DNA of 64,000 nt from Bythopirellula sp. (lineage in GTDB: Bacteria > Planctomycetota > Planctomycetia > Pirellulales > Lacipirellulaceae), in assembly GCA_965216565.1 (NCBI GenBank), contig OZ244170.1, forward strand, positions 448,001 to 512,000, read 5' to 3'. The notes beneath the pieces are model-generated. The model saw only the letters and a list, made by a program, of their open reading frames with translations. It made no database searches and was not told where the DNA came from. Numbering within the stretch: position 1 is the stretch's first letter; each line of letters begins with the position of its first letter. Made by a program: the position numbers and the translations under genes. Positions 41,567 through 51,768 of the stretch are shown here, in pieces.

Positions 41567-43969
41567 CTAACCATTGCTGTGATCCGCATGTTCGTCAGCA
41601 TTCTTATCGTCTTTCGTAGAGAGCGGTTCAACCTTATCCGCGCACTTCAACATTGCGGCGCCGTAATAAGGATTGCGAACAGCTCTTTCACTCTGAATCC
41701 AACTAGCACCGCGACCATCGAATGCCATCGGACAATGCAATTCAAACAACTGGTTACCTGTCGAAAAACCAAAAATACGATGCAAGGCCAGCAACTCTTC
41801 AGACAGTAGAGCGAATGCGGATCGCATCTCCGACAGGTCGCTTGCTTGTGACATGCGTGCAGCTATCGTTGACAGGCTTTTTTGTTCGACAGTCCATCGT
41901 TCAGCTGCGTTTCCACTGAGCGATTGCGGATTGATAGTGCCGATGAATTGATGCAGTTTTGCGATTCCTTGTGTTGTGGCCCCTATGTCGTCTGTCGCCA
42001 AGGCTTCCCCGATTGTCAGATAGACGGGAATGATTGGACTTAACTGATTGCGGAACTCTATCGGAACGTCGAGAGATTGGTTTGCAGTCTGATGCGATGC
42101 GTGAGACAATCCAAACATTTCTTGCAGTCGCTGAGCATGACGCTTTGTGACAAGAAAGATTCGATCTGCGTTCTGTAATGACGAGATTTCACTGCCTTCC
42201 ACGGAGTCATTATTGAGTAGCATCATAAACTCCTGCAGTTGGGCCTGCATGTCGCCTGACAACAAACCTACATTGATCGAAGCGACTTGCTGGCCAAGTT
42301 GGATATAGGCATCGCGAATTGTGTTTAGCTCAGCTGACTCAGTCGCCTCGCCGATTGCATTCACAGACTTAATCGTCTGGTGCAATTGCATTTCTAACTG
42401 AGGAGGAAGTGACATTCCTGATGCCCCAGTCATCTGCATCGGCTTACCATCTTCGGCCGCCTTGGAACCGCCACCGTGATCGTGACCTCCCGCGCCACCA
42501 CCACCTTCAGGAGTCATCATTGAGGGCTTAGCAGAAATTTGTAGAGCACTATCAAGTTTGAAGTTCCCGTTGGTGACAACCAAGTCGCCTTCTTGAAGTC
42601 CGGCCTTGACTAGATAGTAGTCTCCTGCACGTGGGCCAAGCACGATTTCGCGTCCCTCGTAAGTCGGTTCTTCCGCATTTGGGACTTGGACATAAACAAC
42701 TGCACGCGTTCCTGTTAGCAAAGCGGCGGAGACGGGTATTACTAATGGTTTGGCAGTCTCACTCGGTTCTGCCGTGACATATCCCAGCGTTTCTGCTCGC
42801 ACCAGGGGCATTCCGCAAACATCGCAGTTCCCCGGTTCATCTTTGATGATTTCCGGGTGCATTGGGCTAATCCATTTTCCTGCAAGTGAATCATCGAGGA
42901 CACGTCCGCCAGCGGCAATCTTTGAACGAACCACGGCGCTAGCAAACATTTCCGGCTTTAATCGACCATCATCATTCGTGACGTTGACACGAACCTTCAC
43001 TGTCCGCGTCATTTCGTTTAGAACTGGATCAATAAAGGAGACTTTGCCCTTAAAAGCCTCACCGGGGTAGGCTTCCGTTGAGAACTCGACTTCTTGCCCA
43101 TAGCGGAGCCACGCTAGGTCCGATTCGTAGGCATCCATTTTCATCCATAAATGGGTCAGGTCAGCTACGGTATATATTCGTTCGCCTATGCGAACTCGAT
43201 CGCCTTCCTGTTTGAGTTTCTCAATCACGATGCCACCCGTTGGCGAGTAGATCGTGATGTGGTCGGTCGGCTTGTCTCGCTGTTCGATCTCTTGAATCTG
43301 CTTCCCAGTAATGCCGAGAAGGCGTAGCTTTTCACGGGCCGATTCGACGAGATCAAGTTGAGTCGAAAATCGAGTTGTGTTTTGGCGCTCGGATCGATAC
43401 TTAATCGCTTGGATCAGTTCTTCTTGAGCTGAGTACAGTTGCTCACTGTAAATGGACACCATGTGATCGCCCTTTTTGACTTCTACGCCTGTGAAATCGA
43501 CGAACAGGCGATCTAATCGCCCCGATACCCATGCGGTGATATAAGCCAAACGAGTTTCGTCGTATTCAATCTTGCCTACCATCCGTACGTCAGCCGTTAC
43601 ATACCGATGTGCTACTGGGACTGTCTGAATATTCATCAGCTTCTTGACACCGGGGCTGATCGAAATAGTACGAATTCCACTTGCAGATTTCTTGACGGGC
43701 ACCAAGTCCATGCCACAAATCGGACAACTTCCGGGTCCATCACGTCGGATCTGTGGGTGCATAGAGCACGTCCATATGGCCGGCTTCACCTGGTCGTGTC
43801 CAGCGTGTGACGATTCGACACTAGCTGACAGGCTTGTTGGTGAGTTGTCGCCCCGTCGCAACATCAAGCCCAGCAATATGCCAACTAGAAGAACTAATAT
43901 CACTGCGGAAAAAGGACGATTCGCGATGTGCGATCGTGGATCTAACAAGGTGTTATCGAACTTCATCAT
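41567..43969 (-). CDS. cusB: CusB-type adaptor with heavy-metal-binding domains and C-terminal DUF3347-like domain
   Basis: WTCSMHPQIR..PGSCPICGMDL, WISPMHPE..CDVCGM, LKPEMF; C-terminal HCPMAF..W..RNPYYG..MLKC. Confidence 0.9.
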   Translation of the reverse strand: MMKFDNTLLDPRSHIANRPFSAVILVLLVGILLGLMLRRGDNSPTSLSASVESSHAGHDQVKPAIWTCSMHPQIRRDGPGSCPICGMDLVPVKKSASGIRTISISPGVKKLMNIQTVPVAHRYVTADVRMVGKIEYDETRLAYITAWVSGRLDRLFVDFTGVEVKKGDHMVSIYSEQLYSAQEELIQAIKYRSERQNTTRFSTQLDLVESAREKLRLLGITGKQIQEIEQRDKPTDHITIYSPTGGIVIEKLKQEGDRVRIGERIYTVADLTHLWMKMDAYESDLAWLRYGQEVEFSTEAYPGEAFKGKVSFIDPVLNEMTRTVKVRVNVTNDDGRLKPEMFASAVVRSKIAAGGRVLDDSLAGKWISPMHPEIIKDEPGNCDVCGMPLVRAETLGYVTAEPSETAKPLVIPVSAALLTGTRAVVYVQVPNAEEPTYEGREIVLGPRAGDYYLVKAGLQEGDLVVTNGNFKLDSALQISAKPSMMTPEGGGGAGGHDHGGGSKAAEDGKPMQMTGASGMSLPPQLEMQLHQTIKSVNAIGEATESAELNTIRDAYIQLGQQVASINVGLLSGDMQAQLQEFMMLLNNDSVEGSEISSLQNADRIFLVTKRHAQRLQEMFGLSHASHQTANQSLDVPIEFRNQLSPIIPVYLTIGEALATDDIGATTQGIAKLHQFIGTINPQSLSGNAAERWTVEQKSLSTIAARMSQASDLSEMRSAFALLSEELLALHRIFGFSTGNQLFELHCPMAFDGRGASWIQSERAVRNPYYGAAMLKCADKVEPLSTKDDKNADEHADHSNG

Positions 43970-44100
43970 CCTGTAAACTCCCTGAAGTTACTTCCGCTGG
44001 AAGAATGCTCTACTATTGCAAGGCGCGTCGTATCATCAATTATAGACCACTCATACGCACCACAAGCAAGAGAGTTCTCTATTCTAATCGCCAGCACTGA

Positions 44101-44397
44101 TCACATTCCATTAGGCCGCTTTTTCGGCTCACTGCTTAAACCAGTAGCACAAATTACATCCACTTCATTGACAAGTCGCTGAACATGCATGACATCTCTT
44201 AATACGGTTTGTAGCATCTGTTTTAGGTGGAACGTAGATACACATCCTCGAAGAGTGAGAGTGCCGTTAGAGTAGCGCCACGTGACCTTGTGAAAGTGGA
44301 ATGCATAGGAACAGCTATCGATACGCTCTTGGATGCGTATGTGGACCTCTTGACTCACGATACTTTCGTCCATCGCCATGGCCATAGTCTTTAACAC
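44101..44397 (-). CDS. BON-domain-like small protein
   Basis: NGTLTLRGCVSTFHLKQ..Q..L..V..LVNEVDV. Confidence 0.65.
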   Translation of the reverse strand: MLKTMAMAMDESIVSQEVHIRIQERIDSCSYAFHFHKVTWRYSNGTLTLRGCVSTFHLKQMLQTVLRDVMHVQRLVNEVDVICATGLSSEPKKRPNGM

Positions 44398-44649
44398 TCA
44401 CCAATCGGTTTCATGATACCTCTTGCAGCCGAACGCCATACTCGTCCTGGCATTGAATAATCGAGCCACTTAGGCTGAAGTTGCGCTGTACAGTCGACAG
44501 AATGGATGCTCAGCGAACGAAACTTTCTCGTGAGAATAAATCTAGTCTGCTCAACAGTATTGGATGCGGCAGCTTGCTCGTTTCTTCACCCGCAGAAGAG
44601 AAGATTGTGGCGGGTTCTAAGAGTTTTGTACGATCTGTCGTGGAGTTAG

Positions 44650-45477
44650 TCATTGAACCAACGTGTTCGCGCTCAAATGGGCGACAAAATCGGTTACCTC
44701 GTCAAGATCCTTCGCTCCAATAACGGTAACGTATCGCTGGCCCTCTTTCCAAGAAGCGGCAAGCCTATCCCCTACTTGCACGACATTAGTAGGAATTTCG
44801 TGACATAGGCACTCCACACTGGGATTGTCGCCGAACCAGACAGGCTGATCGATGTCGTGTTCAAAGATAGCAATGGACTGGCCAGCTTCATTCTTGCACA
44901 CGACTTGAGCACAAGTGCAGCATGGCATGTTGAGCAAGTAGGCTTTATCCAAAGAACAACCGGGCGGCAAACCCTTAGCTGCCAGTGGCTCATATCCGAG
45001 GACATTGGTGGCTTCTTCGAGCGTGATGGGCTGCCCGTTGTATTTGGCCAAGAGAATTTGCTGAGCGTTGTCTGGGCTTTCGTCAAATTCTTCCAGATAG
45101 TGGGCAAAGTTCATAGCAAGATGATCGTGCTCTGAATGCGAATGGAGGAACGTGAAAACGCCTATTCCTACGACAACTAACATGCTTGCAGCAAGTGCGA
45201 ATCGTCTAGTAAGTACAAAAGCAGGAAAAATCTGCGGAATGACCGTCTTGGGTTCGTTCGAGGTGTCCAGCTTGGAGCGCAATTCATCCCACATCTCTGT
45301 TGGGACCGGCGGATCAGTCAATCGTCTCGACAAGCCAGATAGCTGTTCGAATGATGCAATTTCTTCCGCACAAGACGGACAATCAGCTAGATGGGCTGCA
45401 AATTGCGCAGCCTCGTTAGGCGGTAATTCACTGTCGTGAAACTCAGAAAGACGTTCTTGGATCTCAGAGCAATTCAC
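44650..45477 (-). CDS. Zinc-finger (ZAS) anti-sigma factor with TM and Cys-rich extracytoplasmic domain
   Basis: C.EIQERLS.FHD.EL..HLADCPSC; one TM; HSHSEHDH; MPCCTCAQVVC and CLCH; coupled to the sigma gene. Confidence 0.87.
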   Translation of the reverse strand: MNCSEIQERLSEFHDSELPPNEAAQFAAHLADCPSCAEEIASFEQLSGLSRRLTDPPVPTEMWDELRSKLDTSNEPKTVIPQIFPAFVLTRRFALAASMLVVVGIGVFTFLHSHSEHDHLAMNFAHYLEEFDESPDNAQQILLAKYNGQPITLEEATNVLGYEPLAAKGLPPGCSLDKAYLLNMPCCTCAQVVCKNEAGQSIAIFEHDIDQPVWFGDNPSVECLCHEIPTNVVQVGDRLAASWKEGQRYVTVIGAKDLDEVTDFVAHLSANTLVQ

Positions 45478-45478
45478 A

Positions 45479-46087
45479 TTAAGGCTCCCAACCAAGTTCT
45501 ACAAGCTGTTGCTTCAATTCTCGACGAGCCCGATTCAATCGAGAGCCGACTGTTCCCTCAGGAATTTCTAGTGCGTGTGCAATTTCATTGTATGACAAAC
45601 CTTCTACCTCTCGGAGCAAGAACGCAGATCTTAGATCTGGGTCTAATTGGCCAAGCGCTTGTTCTAATAAATCCTTATCATCAAAACTTTCGTGGCTAGC
45701 TGGAGAACGATCCATCGGTTCCTGTTGAAGTAGCTGTACTCTTGACCGTTTCGATCTACGAAGGTGTTGTAGGGCTTCATTTACTGCAACTCGATATATC
45801 CAAGTGCCGAATTGAGATCTTCCCGAAAACTGGCTGATCTTTCTAAACGCCTGCAGGAATACTTGCTGGGTGACATCCGATGCGTCCTGAATGCCAACCA
45901 TGCGGACCATGAGGCGATACACATTCTGATGCGACACTTCGTATAGCCGACGTTGTGCAACCGGATCGCCCTCCTGGCAAGCCTTAACGACCTCTACGGC
46001 CTCCTCCATGTCAGCCCATGCCAAGGTCCCTTCACCACTATTAGATGCGGGGAGAGGCTTGCTTCTTCGTGTAGATGCAGATTTCAT
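45479..46087 (-). CDS. ECF-subfamily RNA polymerase sigma factor
   Basis: DASDVTQQVF, FGTWIYRVAVN, LSYNEIA..IPEGTVGSRLNRAR; exact start uncertain (46087 or 46009). Confidence 0.92.
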   Translation of the reverse strand: MKSASTRRSKPLPASNSGEGTLAWADMEEAVEVVKACQEGDPVAQRRLYEVSHQNVYRLMVRMVGIQDASDVTQQVFLQAFRKISQFSGRSQFGTWIYRVAVNEALQHLRRSKRSRVQLLQQEPMDRSPASHESFDDKDLLEQALGQLDPDLRSAFLLREVEGLSYNEIAHALEIPEGTVGSRLNRARRELKQQLVELGWEP

Positions 46088-46673
46088 GCAGATTGCCTCC
46101 CGAAAAACGGGAAGTCGGAGGATCTTACGCGTGCACAACCGGTGGCGTATCAATTATTCACCCACCAGTCGGTTCCTCCAGTTTACCTTATGCAGCGATA
46201 GAGGGTAGCCGGATTCGGTATCTAGCGACCTAGTAGTCGCTCTTGTTTTCCTTATCTGGTATCACAGCGTTTCTTCTCATCTAGAACGTGGAAGTGGGCA
46301 ATTGTGACCGTTTTGACAGGGTCGTGAAGAAACCGTCCTAAGGTTGCATCTAAGAGTGCGTATTAGAGTGGATTTGTAGTCTGTGATGGGATTACCCATG
46401 AAACCGTCTGATTGAGAGTAGGCGTCACGTATTGGTCTATGACATCCAAAGACTTTTACTGTTGAAGACGTCTGATAGAGCGTGGTCATTCTTGCTGCAG
46501 TGATATCAGGCTCCACCTGGACAGGGCCACAGCCGAACACTTCGTCCTCATGCGCCTGCTAGAAATCGGGGCTGGAACGACTATTGGAGAGGCAACCACG
46601 GCTCACGAACACGATTGAGCCTTGACTACTAATCGAGAGTGTCGCTAGTCGACGCACTTGGTTGATTGCGTGT

Positions 46674-46723
46674 GCGTGCGGGCGACTGGAAAAGTAGTGC
46701 CCCCAACTACGTCGCCCGTACGC
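46674..46723 (+). other. Stem-loop in the long 5' region of the divergent operon
   Basis: GCGTGCGGGCGAC / GTCGCCCGTACGC (13 bp, one G-U on + strand) with inner GTAGT/ACTAC. Confidence 0.55.
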
Positions 46724-46800
46724 TATGCAAAGAAAGTTTCCTTAACTGCGTATAGCGAAGATCAAAATCTTACGTTTTTCAAACCAAACGAGGACCAAAT

Positions 46801-47208
46801 ATGACACACAAACTTCTTTTTCCTGGCATATTTGTCCTCCTACTGGCTCAGATTGGTTGCGGTGAACCATCAGCTACCGGGCCACCTCCACGAGAAGTTG
46901 CACCCAATGCAAATGAGGGACATGGTCGGCATGGGCATGATAGTCACGATGGACATGCTCACGGCGGCGAAGATGAACTATCAGACATGGAGAAAATGAA
47001 TATGGAGCTGGCAAAACTCTCTCCTGCAGATGCCGCTTCGGCTGAAAAACAGCATATTTGTCCGGTAACCGAAGAGATGTTGGGCACGATGGGTGCGCCT
47101 ATCAAGGTTGATGTCAATGGACAGGATGTATGGATCTGCTGTGAAGGATGTAGAGATGCTCTCTTGGAAAATCCCTCCAAATTCCTTGCCAAGCTGAAAA
47201 GAGAATAG
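46801..47208 (+). CDS. His-rich lipoprotein with YHS/TRASH-like domain
   Basis: Lipobox IGC; HGRHGHDSHDGHAH; CPVT..LGTMG.P..ICCEGC. Confidence 0.82.
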   Translation: MTHKLLFPGIFVLLLAQIGCGEPSATGPPPREVAPNANEGHGRHGHDSHDGHAHGGEDELSDMEKMNMELAKLSPADAASAEKQHICPVTEEMLGTMGAPIKVDVNGQDVWICCEGCRDALLENPSKFLAKLKRE

Positions 47209-47243
47209 TCCCAACAGCGATTTGAAGAACACTCATTGGAGGC

Positions 47244-47873
47244 ATGAACATGATGGCGTTAGATACTTCGAGTTCGCAGTCCATACCGAATGGTTTAGAT
47301 ACATCCATTCAACAGGCTTCGCGTGAAGATATCCCCTACTTGGCAGGCATTTTGGCGCGAGCACTTGACGACGACCCAGTATCACGTTGGATGTTTCCAG
47401 ATGATGAGCGAAGACCAAGGAGTCAAGAAATAGACTTTGGCCGGCTATTAAAAAGTCATTTAAGGACTCGCAATGTTTGGACTATCGACCGCAAATGCGT
47501 CGCGATTTGGACTCCCCCAAATCCTCCTCAGCAAACGCGATTTCAGCGGTATCGAGAATCGCTTTATATGAGATGGATGCATGGGCGTCGCGTTCACAAA
47601 GTCAGGGATTGTCTCCAGCGTATGGCGGAACGACATCCAAGTACGCCTTACTGGTATCTATTAGCCCTCGCAACCGACGTACATTTGCAAGGTCAAGGGT
47701 TGGCAAGCCGCCTACTTAACGAAAAGTTGGCTCAGTGTGATAAGAATGGGGAGCAGATTGCGCTTGAAACGTCGAAAGAATCGAATTTGTCGTTTTACGA
47801 GAAGTTCGGCTTTGTCGTAGTAGACACGCTCATGGTTGATGAAGGTGTAACTTCCTGGTTAATGTGCAGATAA
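47244..47873 (+). CDS. GNAT-family N-acetyltransferase
   Basis: WYLLALAT..QGQGLAS.L, LETS..N.SFYEKFGF. Confidence 0.88.
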   Translation: MNMMALDTSSSQSIPNGLDTSIQQASREDIPYLAGILARALDDDPVSRWMFPDDERRPRSQEIDFGRLLKSHLRTRNVWTIDRKCVAIWTPPNPPQQTRFQRYRESLYMRWMHGRRVHKVRDCLQRMAERHPSTPYWYLLALATDVHLQGQGLASRLLNEKLAQCDKNGEQIALETSKESNLSFYEKFGFVVVDTLMVDEGVTSWLMCR

Positions 47874-47907
47874 GCAGTCCAAAAAGTAGGATAAAGAGTG
47901 GATTTCA

Positions 47908-48573
47908 ATGTGTGGTCTAATTGAATTTACGAGTCGAATAAAAGAAAAAATGGAGAGCGCCAATCGCGAGCCACACTGGGGACCGGGCGAAGCCCAACGC
48001 TACATGAACGAGGTAGCTGTGCGTCGCGATCGTTTTGAGAAAATTGCTTTCCAATACAACGAGAACTTGATTCAGTCTCGTATTGAAACACTCGCCAATT
48101 ACTTTATCAATGCTAACGTTACAAAGACCGAGCCGCCTGGGCATAGTGAGTGCTGGTTCGGATATTGCGAACGATTTCCGTCAAACACGAGACTCGCCTT
48201 TTCTATTGAGCACGACGTACGTTTCGAGAATGTGGCCATCTGCTACGACGTATCCATGACGCCCTTGTTCATTCGCTTCAACGAGCATGACAGGCTGACA
48301 GTGGCACTTACTGAAGTCAACGAAGATCTAGTTTGTAAATGGGTCGAAGAGCGAATTATGGAGTTTCTCGACGCCTACCTACGCATTGACCGTGGCGCCG
48401 AAGATTTCGAGGATGAGCCAGTCATCGATCCCGTCTGTGGAATGCGCATTAGTAGGTCTTCCGCCGCAAATACTGATTCATACTGTGGGCATCCCTACTT
48501 CTTTTGCTCTGAGCAATGTCGCAAAAAGTTCGAGGAGGATCCTACACATTACGCAACAATTAGAACGTTGTAG
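47908..48573 (+). CDS. Coiled-coil + C-terminal YHS domain protein
   Basis: DPVCGM..YFFCSEQC..F..DP.HY; paralog of 36420..37091. Confidence 0.82.
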   Translation: MCGLIEFTSRIKEKMESANREPHWGPGEAQRYMNEVAVRRDRFEKIAFQYNENLIQSRIETLANYFINANVTKTEPPGHSECWFGYCERFPSNTRLAFSIEHDVRFENVAICYDVSMTPLFIRFNEHDRLTVALTEVNEDLVCKWVEERIMEFLDAYLRIDRGAEDFEDEPVIDPVCGMRISRSSAANTDSYCGHPYFFCSEQCRKKFEEDPTHYATIRTL

Positions 48574-48710
48574 AGAGAGATGAAGCGATAACTGGGTTGA
48601 GAAACGGTTGCGGCTACGTTTGAGCAGGCGGCTAACTCCAGAAGGAAGCCGCCCTGTGAATAAAGTAGAAAGTGATTGTTCTGGTTACGCCTAAAATGGA
48701 GGAGGCTTGC

Positions 48711-49295
48711 ATGAGTCATAAGATCCAAACAGCCATTCTATCGGCTTTCGTGATGATCTTGTTCGTGCTACTTGTCTTTTCTAAGGTAGCTGGCCAAAGC
48801 CCAGACTCAGGAAACGACAATTCCGAGGGTATTCGGATACGTTATGCACGGGCATCTTGGCAACTAGCTCAACTGGAATTGGAAATCGTTCTAAACGCAA
48901 ACAAGGAGATACCGAACTTACATACGCCTCGGACTATTCGGCGTTTGCGAAACAATATTGACTATGCAAAGGAGATGTTGCGATACGAGACGGAGCGTGG
49001 AGAAAATGGCCTCCATAAACTGCATTTGCGTGAGCTAGAAGTCGAACTGGAAGTAGCGAGGTTAGAATTGAACGCCGCTCGAAAACTCAATGAGCAATTA
49101 CCTGGTGCAGTTGGTGATCTAGAATTTGGGAAGTTACGTGTTGCTACAGACGTAGCTCGATTGGCGCTGGATAAGGCTCGCGAGCCAGCCGTGGTGCAAT
49201 CTCGTGAGGATCATTTGCAGTGGCAGATAGATCGGATGCGCACTGAATTGACTCGCCTTTACATACTTATGGACAAAGCCCTGTCTCGTAACTGA
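48711..49295 (+). CDS. Exported helical hypothetical protein
   Basis: GGAGGAGG RBS, signal/TM segment, coiled-coil composition. Confidence 0.65.
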   Translation: MSHKIQTAILSAFVMILFVLLVFSKVAGQSPDSGNDNSEGIRIRYARASWQLAQLELEIVLNANKEIPNLHTPRTIRRLRNNIDYAKEMLRYETERGENGLHKLHLRELEVELEVARLELNAARKLNEQLPGAVGDLEFGKLRVATDVARLALDKAREPAVVQSREDHLQWQIDRMRTELTRLYILMDKALSRN

Positions 49296-49324
49296 CCACT
49301 GATAATTATCGGAGAATAACAGTC

Positions 49325-50194
49325 ATGACTATTACGCATAAAAGAGGCTCTGGCCACTCGTTAGCTAACTTGGCATGTAGCTTCCTCCTAGTCAGTGGAC
49401 TCACCACAACCGTTAGTGCTCAGCAATCAGTGACGGAACACCAGTCGCATACTGCAAATCCGTCGACGTCGTCCAAGGTAGAGACTCCACTGGCCGAGCA
49501 ACTACAACAGCTTCACAACAAAGTCGCTCAGTTGGAGGCAGTCCTACAGCAGAACCATCAAGCAGCAGCAACGACTGGCCAAACCAAGATGAAGATGGGG
49601 GGCATGCAAGGTGGTTCGACGTCCGGAATGGGCATGATGTCGAGCATGGGCTCACAGCAACCAGACAAGACCAGTGGCAGCATGAGTATGGGGGGCATGA
49701 AGAACATGCCGATGATGGGGGGTATGTCCGGCATGGATATGATGGGCGGCAAAGGCATGATGATGATGGGGAAGATGCAGGGCATGGGCCAACAGGCCAT
49801 GCCTTCAGCCCTGCCTGGCTTCCCAGGGGCTTCGCATATCTACCACATTGGCTCGACAAACTTCTTCCTCGATCATCCACAGCACATCACGCTCACACAA
49901 GAACAGCAATTAAGGCTCAACCAAATCAAGCAAAAAGCGATCTTGGGTCAGACCACGTTCGAGCGATGGGATAGTGCGGCGGAGCAGGAACTTTGGCTGC
50001 TCACCAGTGCCGATTCTCCCGACGTGTCAAAGATAGAGGAAAAGGTTCGTGAGACCGAGAAATTGCGAGCAGACAAACGTATCGCTTTCATCCGCGCCGT
50101 AGGAGAGGCAGCCAGTGTGCTAACCGAAGAACAACGACAGACGTTAGTCGGAACATTACCGCTGGACCACACCTCGCAGGGCCAAAGTCATTAA
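49325..50194 (+). CDS. Periplasmic Met-rich Spy/CpxP/ZraP-like heavy-metal-binding protein
   Basis: Signal peptide, Met/Gly-rich tract, LPGFPGASHIYHIG..FFLDH, and two LTxxQ motifs (LTQEQ, LTEEQ). Confidence 0.8.
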   Translation: MTITHKRGSGHSLANLACSFLLVSGLTTTVSAQQSVTEHQSHTANPSTSSKVETPLAEQLQQLHNKVAQLEAVLQQNHQAAATTGQTKMKMGGMQGGSTSGMGMMSSMGSQQPDKTSGSMSMGGMKNMPMMGGMSGMDMMGGKGMMMMGKMQGMGQQAMPSALPGFPGASHIYHIGSTNFFLDHPQHITLTQEQQLRLNQIKQKAILGQTTFERWDSAAEQELWLLTSADSPDVSKIEEKVRETEKLRADKRIAFIRAVGEAASVLTEEQRQTLVGTLPLDHTSQGQSH

Positions 50195-50672
50195 GAGCTT
50201 CATCTGAATCGCAAATCACGAAAATGAGTCCTATACGAATTAAATAGTCCCCTAAGTAGTACTCGACGGCTAGAGTCCGCTTAGCAGTCACATAAAGAGA
50301 CAAGCGCGTGTCACAAAACTATGCCTGGGAGATTGTTTCCTCTGGGAGTGGTAAGGTAGAACAGCGATCATCACTGGTAAAACTCTCTTCGCTTGGGTAG
50401 TCCAACTAGTTTGCTTGCTAGTAGTGAGTGGAGTACCCATTGCCTTCGCACAGTACAAGAGTGGGGATTAGTATCCCTATCAACGCCAGCCTGCGATGAT
50501 CGCAGGCTGTCTATCGGCGCAACAAAGGGATGCAAATTTCTTCTTGCAAAACTCTCAATCGTCGCCAATTCGTTTCTCCATACCGTGCGAAGCATGAGGT
50601 GGACCCCCAAAACTGGACAACCCTATAAGGTGTAGAATACTCCCTTTGGGAGTCCACCAGGAGGTCCGGTTT

Positions 50673-50960
50673 ATGGCACGGAAGCGAAGAGTGTTTAGTG
50701 GTGTTTTCAAGGCGAAGGTGGCCTTGGCAGCGGCCCGTGGCGACAAGACGACAGCAGAGCTGGCTGCGAAGTTTGCGGTTCATGCTAGCCAGGTGACGGC
50801 CTGGAAGAAGCAACTGCTCTCGGGAGCAGCAGAGCTGTTTTCTGACGGTCGTAACCGTCAGGAAGAAAACTCTGCGGCCGAGCAAGAACTTTACGAACAG
50901 ATTGGCCGCTTGAAGATGGAAGTCGAGTGGTTGAAAAAAAAATCTACCCAGCTCAGCTAA
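50673..50960 (+). CDS. IS3 transposase OrfA (HTH)
   Basis: MARKRR.FS..FKAKVAL..ELA.KF.VH..QV..WKK..LYEQIGRLKME.EWLKKK; CAGGAGG RBS. Confidence 0.9.
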   Translation: MARKRRVFSGVFKAKVALAAARGDKTTAELAAKFAVHASQVTAWKKQLLSGAAELFSDGRNRQEENSAAEQELYEQIGRLKMEVEWLKKKSTQLS

Positions 50961-51768
50961 GGAACTCAGACGATGGATCGATCCAGCCCATGTGCAACTG
51001 AGCGTAGCTCGCCAATGCGAGTTGCTCGGTCTACCTCGCTCGACGTGGTACTACGAACCTCTGGGCGAAACGACCGAAAACCTGAAACTGATGCGCGCCA
51101 TCGACGAGCAGTATCTCAAGACACCGTTTTACGGCAGCCGAAAGATGTCAGAAGTGTTTGGCGTCAATCGCAAGCGAATTCAGCGTCTGATGAGACTGAT
51201 GGGAATCGAAGCGATTTATCCAAAGCATCGCACCACTTGTCCAGGTGCTGGACACAAGATTTACCCGTATTTACTGCGAAATGTGGCAATTATTCGTCCC
51301 AATCAGGTTTGGAGTACCGATATCACCTACCTGCCGATGCAACAAGGTTTTTTGTATCTGGTCGCGGTGATGGATTGGTACAGCCGGTTCGTGCTGAGCT
51401 GGCGGCTTTCCAACACGCTCACAATCGATTTTTGTTTAGAGGCGCTCGACGAGGCGTTGTCTACCAAGCAACCCGAGATATTTAACAGCGACCAAGGCAG
51501 TCAATTCACCGCGACAGAGTTTACCAATCGACTCTCTACACGCGGTGTATCGATTAGCATGGACGGACGTGGCAGGGCACTAGACAACGTGTTTGTCGAA
51601 CGTCTGTGGCGTACGGTGAAGTACGAGGAGGTATATCTGAAAGACTATGGTGATGGCTGGGAAGCGAAAGCAAGCCTCACGGCCTACTTCGAATTCTATT
51701 GCCACGAACGCATTCACCAGGCGCTGGGATATCGCACGCCTGCAGATGTTTATGGCAAGCGAAACTGA
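50935..51768 (+). CDS. IS3 transposase OrfB (DDE integrase core), entered at the A9 tract
   Basis: Open from the A9 tract: ..KELRRWIDPAHVQLSVARQCELL..WSTDITY..NSDQGSQF..DNVFVERLWRTVKYE. Confidence 0.9.
   Translation, partial: KKNLPSSAKELRRWIDPAHVQLSVARQCELLGLPRSTWYYEPLGETTENLKLMRAIDEQYLKTPFYGSRKMSEVFGVNRKRIQRLMRLMGIEAIYPKHRTTCPGAGHKIYPYLLRNVAIIRPNQVWSTDITYLPMQQGFLYLVAVMDWYSRFVLSWRLSNTLTIDFCLEALDEALSTKQPEIFNSDQGSQFTATEFTNRLSTRGVSISMDGRGRALDNVFVERLWRTVKYEEVYLKDYGDGWEAKASLTAYFEFYCHERIHQALGYRTPADVYGKRN

Noticed and set aside
48620..48660. TGAGCAGGC followed by a GGCGGCT/AGCCGCC stem, resembling the start of a NiCo (czcD) riboswitch
   Set aside because: The remaining conserved segments and four-way junction are not recognisable; only a simple hairpin is visible.
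46150..48665. Possible ECF promoter motif AAC-N19-GTGAATAA upstream of the sigma gene and of 48711
   Set aside because: Only two instances fit, and other GTGAA sites have different spacing; too weak without TSS data.
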